From Rozella allomycis CSF55 (taxonomy: Eukaryota): a DNA stretch of 20,000 bases. The notes under the pieces were generated by a model. The model was given only the letters and a program-made list of their open reading frames with translations, was not told the DNA's origin and ran no database searches. The stretch spans positions 56,453 to 76,452 of the forward strand of contig KE561045.1 in assembly GCA_000442015.1 (NCBI GenBank), written 5' to 3'. Both the position numbers and the translations under genes were made by a program. Of the stretch, positions 1 to 9,571 are shown one piece after another; the first letter of the stretch is position 1, and the number at the start of each line of letters is the position of its first letter.

Positions 1-878
1 GCGTAAACGTAGGCATCAGTGTCCGATTGTTTCAGAACTCCTTCAACTCCAGTCAAATACCACCCAGACAATGCAAGTTCAGCATCAGAATAGTGTTGAT
101 CTGCCGCCTTTTTGTAATTCTCAATCGATTGTTGCGGATCAACAGAACATCCTAACTGTCCATATTCGTAAAAACATCCAACCTTATAAAGCGATGGCGC
201 ATAGCCTTGTTCTGCCGCCTTTTTATACAATTCTAGGGCATATGACTCATCTTGCAGAACAGCGGGGCAGTTTGGTGTCTCATAACATGCTGCTAAATCA
301 TGCAGTGCCTGCGGATTGTCGGACATATTTACAGTTCTTTTTAACCATGTAACACCTTCCTTTGGATTTTTTGGTTGTCCAAGCCAGCCATTTAGCAATA
401 TCATACCCAGCTTGTGCATTGACAATGGGTCACCAAGAGAAGCTGCTTTGCGATAAAAGTTCACCGCTCTCCCAAAATCTTTCTTCGTTCCAGCACCCAA
501 TTCATAACATACTCCAACTCGATATGTTGCTGCAGGATGGTTCTGCTTACTTCCCTGCAAATAATACCCGAAAGCCTTATCATGACTAATGGAGAGCCCA
601 TATAAACCTTTTCCGAACGCCTCTGCAAGAAAGAAATGAGCTTCAGGGAACGACACCTTTCCCGCGTTCTGCGTTGTTAATTTCCGAACAATTTTAATAG
701 CTTCTTGTTGCAATGCGCTTTTTGCCTTTGGATCTGATAGAGCTTCAGAAGCGTCAATAAGATAATTTGCAAAATCAAACTGTACTTGAGGATCATTGCT
801 CTTCAGTGCATTATTACGATACTGTTCTAACGTCTGATTAAAGTTTTGCGTAATTCGAGCCGGAGACGTGCTTGGCAT
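1..878 (-). CDS. SKT5: Chitin synthase activator Skt5/Chs4-like Sel1-repeat (SLR) protein, 3'-truncated by the window edge
   Basis: Absent from the ORF track because it runs off the edge. The minus-strand frame is open from ATG at 878 (in-frame TGA at 893-891 just upstream): MPSTSPARITQNFNQTLEQYRNNALKSNDPQVQFDFANYLI...HDKAFGYYLQGSKQNHPAATYRVGVCYELGAGTKKDFGRAVNFYRKAASLGDPLSMHKLGMILLNGWLGQPKNPKEGVTWLKR...AELALSGWYLTGVEGVLKQSDTDAY. The tandem Sel1 repeats and the 'ALSGWYLTG..GVL.QSD..AY' block are typical of fungal Chs4/Skt5. Confidence 0.85.
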   Translation of the reverse strand, partial: MPSTSPARITQNFNQTLEQYRNNALKSNDPQVQFDFANYLIDASEALSDPKAKSALQQEAIKIVRKLTTQNAGKVSFPEAHFFLAEAFGKGLYGLSISHDKAFGYYLQGSKQNHPAATYRVGVCYELGAGTKKDFGRAVNFYRKAASLGDPLSMHKLGMILLNGWLGQPKNPKEGVTWLKRTVNMSDNPQALHDLAACYETPNCPAVLQDESYALELYKKAAEQGYAPSLYKVGCFYEYGQLGCSVDPQQSIENYKKAADQHYSDAELALSGWYLTGVEGVLKQSDTDAYVY

Positions 879-1060
879 ATTTTGTAGAAATCAGACCGGT
901 CGGAGTTTTAATTAATCGGGATTCTTTCGAAATGTCAAAACTCTTTTAAATTTAATCTCAAAGCATCCTTTCTTGTTTTGACGTTTAATTTTATTCCTTT
1001 TGGAGTCTTACACGAATTTGTGTCACTATAACATAAAATCGCATTATAATTGGGTTCATT
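879..1060. promoter_or_regulatory. Putative bidirectional promoter (182 bp) between the divergent SKT5-like and tyrosinase genes
   Basis: Head-to-head start codons at 878 (-) and 1061 (+), with an AT-rich spacer and TATAAC near 1027. Inferred from gene geometry only. Confidence 0.45.
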
Positions 1061-2264
1061 ATGAATATCTTAAATTTTTTACAAATATTCGCCTTATTAG
1101 GTTCACTGTTTGCTCAACAAAGCAAGTGCCCTAACGGGATTAGAATTCGAAAAGAAATAAGAGATATGACCAATGCAGAGCTGGAAGCATTAAAAAATGC
1201 CATTAATGTGATGAGAAGCACAAGCACTGGAAATAGAACAGAAACTATTTACGATTACATCGTCAAAGTTCATTTGGATTACGTACCAATCGCTCACAAG
1301 TAACCTTATCACTAAAATGGAAATAGCACTCCCCAATTTCTGCCGTGGCATAGACTTTATGTACTTTACGTTGAAGACATTCTTCGTCAGATCGACCCTA
1401 CGGTCACCATTCCTTATTGGGACTGGGGTGTTGATGCTGCCAGGCCTCTTAACAGTGTCGTGTTCAGTGATAAATACTTTAATATTCGACCAGGTAACAT
1501 AATCTTAGGTCGAAATATTAAGGCCCACAAGGAGATTGCAGTTTTAGGGTGATTTACCCGCGAGTGCACTGTGTTGTTAGAAATTACAACGCCAACAATT
1601 TTACAACCTTTATAAACTCTGAAACTCTGCAAAGCATAGCTAGTGACACTGAAGGAGATTATGGATCATTCAGGGAAACAATTGAGTTTATTCCCCATGC
1701 AGTTGTTCATTCTGGAGTTGGCGGAGTCAATGGTGATATGACGTAAAATTGTACACTGAAATATAACAAAGTTCAATGATGAGCCCCAATGATCCCATAT
1801 TCTGGCTTCACCATAGTATGATTGATAAGATTTGGGCTGATTGGCAAGAACAAACAGACAACTTTTGGTTGTATGAAGGGACCCACCTTGGACAAACAGC
1901 TAGTCTTTGGAACAATTTGGAACCATTCAAGTCGAATGTGTGGCAGAGTATGGACTTTGATTCCTTATGTTATCGTTACGCCCCGCTTTCCAACCGACCA
2001 CAAATGTTAAGCCATGAGGAATTAGAAGATACTCCGCTACCCGATCGTATTCCATTATCCTGGATTCAAATGCACGGGATGGACGAGGAAAAATTTAGAA
2101 ACGTAGAAAACAGAATCAGATCTATAATGATGGCGCAAAAGGAAGGAAAAGAAATTTCCAGGGAAATTACAGGCGCTAAAGACAATAATGAAGGGGCAAA
2201 ATTGTCATCAACACTGTTTTATTCAATAGCAATTGCACTATTGGCATTTATACCTGCCTTTTAA
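1061..2264 (+). CDS. Tyrosinase (type-3 di-copper oxidase) with signal peptide and GPI-like C-terminal tail, 372 aa
   Basis: Exons 1061-1299, 1327-1493, 1523-1742, 1772-2264 (GT-AG introns of 27, 29, 29 nt) splice in frame to 1119 nt. CuA site: VHLDYVPIAHNTPQFLPWHR...IPYWDW. CuB site: PHAVVHSGVGG...GDMTSMMSPNDPIFWLHHSMIDKIW. Also an N-terminal 'IRKEIRDMT' motif, a hydrophobic leader (MNILNFLQIFALLGSLFA) and a hydrophobic tail (TLFYSIAIALLAFIPAF*). Confidence 0.92.
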
Positions 2265-2269
2265 TAAAT

Positions 2270-3101
2270 TTAATGTCTAGCCCTTGAACTTCTGCTTGAC
2301 CTGTAATCATCACGATCTGGAGATCTACTTTTGCTTTTTTCTCGATTTATTCTTTCAAATCTAATTTGAATTATAATTACCTTTTCTCGCGATCCCTGTC
2401 ATAGCTTGGAGATCTGGATCTTTTTCTTCGGCTCTTTCTGTCGTAACGGTCAGAGTAATCATCTCTTTCCTATATTATTAATATTGATTTTATTACGCTG
2501 CTGTGATAACGAGTACGACTTTTGTAATCTCTTTCGCGACTGGGCGACCTTCTATAACTTCTTTCATTTAGCTCTTCATACTCCTCATTATTCGCATCAG
2601 CAACCTTTAGTAAAATAAATTTGTATTTTTTACGTATATTCGTTTCTGGTGACCGTAATCATCTCTGATTCTCCTTTGTTTTTGACAATATTGCTTCCAT
2701 GTTTGTTCTGTAAATCCATAGTTAAAATAATCAGTTATATCAGCTCCAGGTTTTCTCCAAGGTTTTTCTTCTAACTCTTCTGGATCCACATCAATGATGT
2801 CTCTCCCATCCTCCAACTTTCCACTTGTTTGAATATCCAAAAATGATTTATTTTCAACGGTATTTGCTTCAGCAGGTTTTATTCCAGATTTAATATTGAC
2901 TAAGTTTTGTTCCCTGAATATTAAAAAGCAAAGAAACTCACGTTGCATCATCAAGAACAACCTCAAAATCACTTTCTTCACCCTCTTCCAATTCATCGTC
3001 AACAGCCCTGAATAAAATACAGAAATTATTTCTTACACTTCCTGTTCTGTTTTTTCTTCTTTCCCGTATAGAAATTCGTCGAGCTCGTCGACTTCTTCCA
3101 T
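2270..3101 (-). CDS. FIP1: Pre-mRNA polyadenylation factor Fip1, ~229 aa
   Basis: Exons 3101-3037, 3007-2942, 2913-2634, 2604-2497, 2469-2381, 2351-2270. Introns are 29, 28, 29, 27 and 29 nt; the last could use an in-frame acceptor giving 20 nt. Acidic N-terminus [13 protein letters not shown], Fip1 motif [32 protein letters not shown], and an RD/RS-rich C-terminus. Confidence 0.93.
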
Positions 3102-3384
3102 TTTAGAAAATTTTTGGAAATTTGGAAAGCTAAAAATTGTTCACATCGTCAAAAATATAATTCAAAGTAACTTTCGCGTTAGAGATTAAAAGATAAATTA
3201 ATTATCTGTATAAAACTTATGTGATATCAAATGAGATTGATATCATGCAACAAAAACAATATAAACATATTTCATAGAACTTCGAATATTTTTACTGTTT
3301 TATTTTATAATTCTGATATTACTCTTCTTTTCATTTACTCTCAGACTGACAAAAATGTTTTGCAAAGCCACCCAAAAAATTATA

Positions 3385-5983
3385 ATGAAGTTGGGATTTC
3401 AAGTAAAAATATTTGTGAAGAAGAAATTAGTTAACAAATATATTTGGGCAACCATACACTTCGAGCAATATAGTATTTACGTCGCCAACAACGATAGTTA
3501 CAGCTACATCTAACAGGGTGACGACTATGGATTTACAGGCACAGACATCTGTTACGTTTCCATACGAGCTTCCAACCAGAATAGTAAAGCTGGCGTGTTA
3601 TGGAAATTTAATTATGGCAGTTGATAGCGAAGGTCATTGTGCATGTTTGCATAGACTGAGTGGAGCTTGTTTGGCATGGTTAACTTTGACTATGCCGGTT
3701 AATGCAATGGCGTTTAGTCCCGATGGAAAGTAATGCATATTTAAGGTGATAATAGTTATTTGGCTATTGCATGTGGAAAGTATATAGAGATCTGGCAGCC
3801 ACCAAGTACCACAAAAAAGTCATTTCAACCATTTACAAAGATCAATACCTACGGTGGACATTATGACAATATCACTTCTCTTTCATGGTCTTTGGATTCA
3901 AAATATTTACTGAGCGGAAGTCAAGACATGACGGCTAGAATTTACATGGTAGAGAATAGGGAATTTAAGAACTTGACACTCGCTGCGATGAGAGATGTTG
4001 TAATTGATGTATATTTTTCATCTACATCGGAATATGTAAATGAATTAAATTTAATTTGATAGATTTATGTTGTTACAAGAGATGGAACTTTATTTATATG
4101 GAAATTTGATTCAGAATTGGAAGATGATTTTGCTCCGATTTACAAGGGTAGGTATGAATTAGCCAATAAGCATTATTTCAAAGTGGATAAAGTTTCTTCA
4201 TCTTCTTTTAATTCAAAAACAAATATTCTTTGTGTTGGATTTCAGAATGGATCATTTTCACTTTATGAAGTCCCCGATGTGAATCAAATCCATTCTCTCA
4301 GTTTAAATCAAAATAAGATTGATGCTGTGCAAATGAATACGAATGGGGAGTGGATAGCTTTTGGTTGTTCTTCCTTAGGTCAGTTGGTTGTTTGGGAATG
4401 GCAATCGGAAAGTTTTATTTTAAAGCAACAAGGTCATTCCTCTTTAATAAACGCAATTTGCTATTCTCATGATGGCGACATTTTGGCCACAGGAGGTGAC
4501 GATGGAAAGATAAAATTGTGGAATGCATTGAATGGTTATTCTTTTGTAACTTTTGATGATCATTCAAGTTCTGTCACTGGATTGGTTTTTACTAAAAATT
4601 CTAAAGTTGTTGTTTCTTCCTCTCTTGACGGAACAGTCCGCGCATTCGATACTACAAGATATCGAAATTTTAAAACATTTACTAGCCCTGAAAATCGCCA
4701 ATTTTCGTGTGTAACTGTTGATTCAGCTGGTGATATTGTTATTGCTGGTACAATGGAAGGAGAAATTTATGTATTTGCTATGCAGACTGGAAATTTACTT
4801 GAGATTCTTTCAGATCATCAAGGTCCTGTATCCTCTGTTGCTTTCGATCCAACTGGTACAATATTGGCTTCTTCTTCATGGGATAAAACAGGTAAAATGT
4901 TTCTGTATATTTAAAAAAGTGAAATTATGGAATGTTTTCGCAAAGAATGGGAATAAGGAGTCCTTTGATTGTCAATCTGATGTTCTTTGTGTGGCTTGGC
5001 ATCCTAATGGTCTAGAATTGGCGTCCGCTTCTTTGAATGGCGAGATAACTTTTTGGAATACTGAATCTGGTCAACAAATTGGTTTCATCGAAGGCCATAA
5101 AGATATTTCCGGTACTAGAAGATCAACTGATTTGGCTAGAGTGAAATTTCAGCATTTCAATTCTCTACAATACAGTTTAGATGGACACATTTTATTAGCA
5201 GGTGGTCAAAGCAACTTTATGTGTCTCTATGATGTAGATAACAAAGTCCTTTTAAAGAGATATGAATTGACAAAAGACAAGAGTTTGGATGGAACAAAAA
5301 CCATGTTAAATTCTAATAATAAAAACATTGTAGACACCGATCCATTATACGACAGGAAATTACCAGGGGTTCAAAAGGGTAACTTATCTGCCAAGAAGAC
5401 TGAGATTCATGTTACTGACGCTTCCTTTTCACCATCAAATGATTCTTTCTGTGTAACCACCCCGCAAGGCATTTATATTTTCGGGAGACATCAAGCAATG
5501 AAATTTGATCCATTTGAAATCGATGTTAACGTGACCCCTGAAGCTGTTCAATCTGCTATTAATCAAAACCAATTTGGAAAGGCTTTAATTATCTCACTCA
5601 GATTAAGTGAACTGCATTTAATTTCAAATGTTTTCAATGCTATAAATCAATCTGAAATACAGAGCATCGTTTCCTCATTGCCTCAATCTTATGTTTATCC
5701 ATTATTGTCACATCTTGCCTATGAATGGGAAACTTCAAAAAGAATTGAATTTTTATTGTCTTGGCTATTTTTTATCTTAAATATTCATCGTCCAAAGAAT
5801 AAGATCCTGCTGCAACGAATTCTTTCTAGAGTCCAGCACTATTATAAGAATTTACAACCTTTGGTTGATAAAACTAGAGGAACATTAAAATATCTTCAAA
5901 CAATTATAGAATTGGAAAAACAAAGAAGACAATTGGAACAAGTTTTATTGGATGATGAAGACGAATTCAATCCAGACGATTAA
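3385..5983 (+). CDS. PWP2: Periodic tryptophan protein 2 (Pwp2/Utp1), WD40 subunit of the SSU processome, ~829 aa
   Basis: Exons 3385-3402, 3431-3729, 3756-4035, 4063-4891, 4920-5983 (introns 28, 26, 27, 28 nt) total 2490 nt in frame. Hallmarks: LGQLVVWEWQSESFILKQQGH, DGTVRAFDTTRYRNFKTFTSP, LPGVQKGNLS, FDPFEIDVNVTP and a Utp12-type C-terminus. Confidence 0.95.
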
Positions 5984-6089
5984 CCAATAAATTATTNAAA
6001 AGGAATGCATCATTGATTCTGAAAAGACTAGCATAAGCATTTAAAACAAATATGTGTTTGGATTTAGAAGCTTTGTTAGGCTTGGCAAC

Positions 6090-7619
6090 ATGTCTATTCC
6101 GTTTTGCAACATTTGCGTCTTAGAGAATGTCCATCTAGATATAACAGCTTCGGAGGTGTGTCAAATAATAAATGATGGATTTAAAAAAGCTCCATATGGT
6201 CTGCAGGCATCAGCAGAAGTGTTTGCAGTGTTTACGGAACCATCGGGTGTAAAATATGCATTGTTTTCTTGGAACACCGGGCCTAGATTCGATATGCTAA
6301 ATGAAGAACGCAGCACGTGGTCCCTTTTTCAGTACAAAAAACGTGCATATAGATACTATGCTCGACCCGAGAAAGATCGGCACAGAAAGTTTTTTGAAGC
6401 TTGTGTTTCAGCGCCGGCATATTTGTATGTTGAATTTGAAAGAGAAGCCATCACCTTTGAACAGTTAGTTGCAAAGTCTAAGGAGCTTTCTGGCCTTCTT
6501 ATGGTGCACAAGGTTTTCTTTCACACCCAAGATTTGCTAAGTGAAGAGGTGTTGAATATTCTAAAGTTCTCTCTTAATGCGTCCTTCCAAAGTGTGCGAG
6601 ATTTAGTGAAAGTGCACTTTGAAAGTGATGAAAATGTTCCTCTTGATTCACATTTTCTACAATTTTTGTCTCCTGAGGACCAAGATAAAGTTCTAAGAAA
6701 CGATAATTACATGCATGCTATTAGAGATGGTATTGTTGATGTTCCCTTTAACCCATCAGAGAACAGGGGTGCCACGATTGTAGAGAGCGCCTTTAAAAGT
6801 GAAGTTGACCAAATGGCAGCAACGCACAAACGTCTATTTGCCAACGAATTGAAGATTGTGCAGAATTTGGTTCCTTATTCGTTGCTCGAAAAATGTACAT
6901 CAGGAGACGATGCGTCAATTCACAACGGGCATTACTTTAATCCTTTGGAAGTCGGCAAAAGTTTGGTAGGTCTTAGTGTGAAGTCTGCAGAAAATTTTGG
7001 CATACCAGGAATAACCATAGCAAACTCGTTCCTAAAGTTGCACGACAACATTTATAGGACAGTGACTTTATTGGAGGGGAATGTTTCAGAGTCGTATATT
7101 CGAGGGAATTTCACGTCTTTATTAGTAGATGCATTTACGCCTTGGTTGTTGGATAAAGACCAGAAGCCAAATGTCGTTCTTCGTGAGTATGATTCCAAGG
7201 TCACGTGGTGGACTCGAAGCCATATGCAAATGTGGGATGCCTCCATCCATTGTATAGACAAAAAAACAAAGGTGCGAAGAGAACCAGTGCTGATAGTTGA
7301 GGAAAAAACCGTTGGGTACAGTCCATCGAACATTATGACATCGAATGTTCCGATTGAAAAATACAACACCAATAATGCGGACATGTTAAAAAATCTTCGG
7401 GCAGCGAAAATGTTATTATTGAGAAGAGCTGATAAAGATGCGCTTCAAGTAGCCGTGCTTTTCCAGGGTTTTGAATACAGAATTTTCTTTTGTTCTTTGC
7501 TATCGAACAATGTTTGTGTTGCGACAGAAGTGTGCAGTGAAACTTTAGTTGATGAAAAATTAAAAAGCAAGCCAACATATCAAAACTTTTATCAATCAAT
7601 CCTTCCTACTNAAAGGTGA
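6090..7619 (+). CDS. Hypothetical protein with C-terminal PD-(D/E)xK (restriction endonuclease-like) motif; 3' end uncertain because of N at 7611
   Basis: Uninterrupted ORF of ~510 codons. First ATG is at 6090; a weak 26-nt intron at 6054-6079 could instead form a split AT|G start. Motifs WDASI...PVLIVEEKT, DMLKNLRAAKMLL and VAVLFQGFEYRIFF resemble REase-fold domains of Crinkler-type proteins. Family assignment is by eye. Confidence 0.55.
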   Translation: MSIPFCNICVLENVHLDITASEVCQIINDGFKKAPYGLQASAEVFAVFTEPSGVKYALFSWNTGPRFDMLNEERSTWSLFQYKKRAYRYYARPEKDRHRKFFEACVSAPAYLYVEFEREAITFEQLVAKSKELSGLLMVHKVFFHTQDLLSEEVLNILKFSLNASFQSVRDLVKVHFESDENVPLDSHFLQFLSPEDQDKVLRNDNYMHAIRDGIVDVPFNPSENRGATIVESAFKSEVDQMAATHKRLFANELKIVQNLVPYSLLEKCTSGDDASIHNGHYFNPLEVGKSLVGLSVKSAENFGIPGITIANSFLKLHDNIYRTVTLLEGNVSESYIRGNFTSLLVDAFTPWLLDKDQKPNVVLREYDSKVTWWTRSHMQMWDASIHCIDKKTKVRREPVLIVEEKTVGYSPSNIMTSNVPIEKYNTNNADMLKNLRAAKMLLLRRADKDALQVAVLFQGFEYRIFFCSLLSNNVCVATEVCSETLVDEKLKSKPTYQNFYQSILPTXR

Positions 7620-8053
7620 TGGCCCGAATCGATAGAAGCAACAACTTCACCTGCACGAGACATCTATGAGAATGACAGAGATGGGAAATCGTGATGTTCC
7701 TGGCATTATCCTAAAACAATGTCATAATCAAGTTAGAATGAAATGACATGGGTATTGGGTTATCATCAGAAATTTATAGTTCCCGATAAGGAAGTTTAAA
7801 CTTCAACATCCGCTGCTCCATTTTTTTAAATACATCAAACATTTTTTTAATTAAATAACTAATTTTTCTGACCAATTCAGGGCTATGAGCTGATTGTCCG
7901 ACAAATTTCGTTTGTGAATATATTAAAGTTTTAAACAATTCGTGTTCCACGAAGTTTCATGAAATCTCAATTGTGAAAAAAATTAGAATTTCCTTTGTTC
8001 CTCGCGTTTTTATTGCGAAATGGTTTTCTTTGAAACTTAGAAGTTAGAAATAT

Positions 8054-9485
8054 ATGAAATTGTTTTTGATCCAACGCTGCCCCTTTTTTAATTCACTTAC
8101 CGCTAACATTACTTTGAAAAGTTTCATTCAGAGAAGAGACATTTCAAAGATTGCAAGACAATGCCCTATAATGGGCAAGGCTATGGATATGGTTCAAAAA
8201 CATTGCTACAATACCATTCCTCACGCCAAACCTACCTCTCAAAGAAACGAAAGACGAGATTTTTATGAAAGAATATTTTCAAATGAAATTGAAAAGAAAA
8301 AGAAAGATCATAGCTACAGAATATTCAATGAAATAAACAGACTAGCGAATGATTATCCAAAAGCAGAAACAAGTAATACAGATAAAGTAACTGTTTGGTG
8401 CAGTAACGATTATCTGGGAATGAGTAAACACCCCAAAGTATTAAATGCGATAAGGTATGGTTTAATATTGTTATTGTTTTAGAGAAAATATCAATCTTTA
8501 TGGCGCTGGTGCAGGCGGTACGCGAAACATTGCAGGTAATAATTCATTGCACGTTGCTTTGGAGTGTGATTTGGCAGATCTGCATAGAAAAGAAAGTGCA
8601 CTGGTATTTTCTTCTTGTTATGTAGCGAATGATGCAACGTTGAGTACTTTGGCTTCAAAAATGAAAGACTGTGTAATATTTTCTGATGAATTGAATCATG
8701 CCTCAATGATCCAGGGCATTAGACACAGCGGTGCCAAAAAATATGTTTTCCGCCACAATGATTTAGATCACTTGGAATCATTATTGAAAAATGTGGAATA
8801 TGGAATTCCTAAAATTATTGCTTTTGAATCTGTTTATTCAATGTCAGGATCCATTGGGAAAATTCAAGAGATTTGTGACCTTGCGGAGAAATACAATGCT
8901 TTAACATTTTTAGATGAAGTTCATGCTGTTGGAATGTATGGAGAAAGAGGGGCGGGAATAGCAGAAGCCATCAACGAAATGGAAAGAGTAGATATCATCA
9001 GTGGAACACTTGGAAAGGCTTACGGGTTAGTTGGTGGCTACATTGCCGCTAGTGCGAACTTGATTGATATGATAAGAAGCTATGCGCCTGGATTTATTTT
9101 TACAACATCGCTACCTCCATTTATAGCCGCAGCTGCGTCTGCGTCAGTTAATCATCTTAAAGTTTCATCCACGGAAAGAAATCAGCAACAGTTAATGTCG
9201 AAATATTTAAAGAGAAGATTAATGGATGAAGGCATTGACGTTTTGGACAATCCCAGCCATATTGTTCCCATCATGATAAGAGACGCTAGACTGTGCAAAA
9301 AAGCTTCTGATTTATTGTTAAAGAATCATAATATTTATGTGCAAGCTATTAATTATCCAACAGTACCCGTTGGTACGGAGAGACTTAGGGCGACGCCTGG
9401 TCCATGGCACACGGAGGATATGTGTGATCAATTTGTTCAAAGTCTTAAATCTGTCTTGGTAGAATTAAACTTAATAAATGAATAG
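8054..9485 (+). CDS. HEM1: 5-aminolevulinate synthase, mitochondrial, 467 aa
   Basis: Exons 8054-8454 and 8483-9485 (28-nt intron). Motifs [51 protein letters not shown]-lysine [19 protein letters not shown] and [10 protein letters not shown]. The leader has CP heme-regulatory motifs (RCPF, QCPIM). Confidence 0.97.
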
Positions 9486-9571
9486 ATAAACTTTTAAATT
9501 CCCGTTTTTAACTTTTCTAAATTTCCTATTTAGCTGTTTGAGCAATTCACGGAGATCTTAGCAACAAGCCG

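Noticed and set aside
71..589. Plus-strand ORFs 71-352 and 362-589
   Set aside because: Antisense shadows of the minus-strand SKT5-like gene; no motifs.
3231..3434. 67-aa ORF upstream of PWP2, and other short ORFs (1414-1632, 1822-2010, 2406-2618, 7052-7599, 8491-8706, 11249-11491, 14541-14771, 15396-15653, 16331-16639, 16760-16957, 18626-18814, 19182-19376)
   Set aside because: Alternative-frame, antisense or AT-rich chance ORFs with no recognisable motifs, mostly overlapping well-supported genes.
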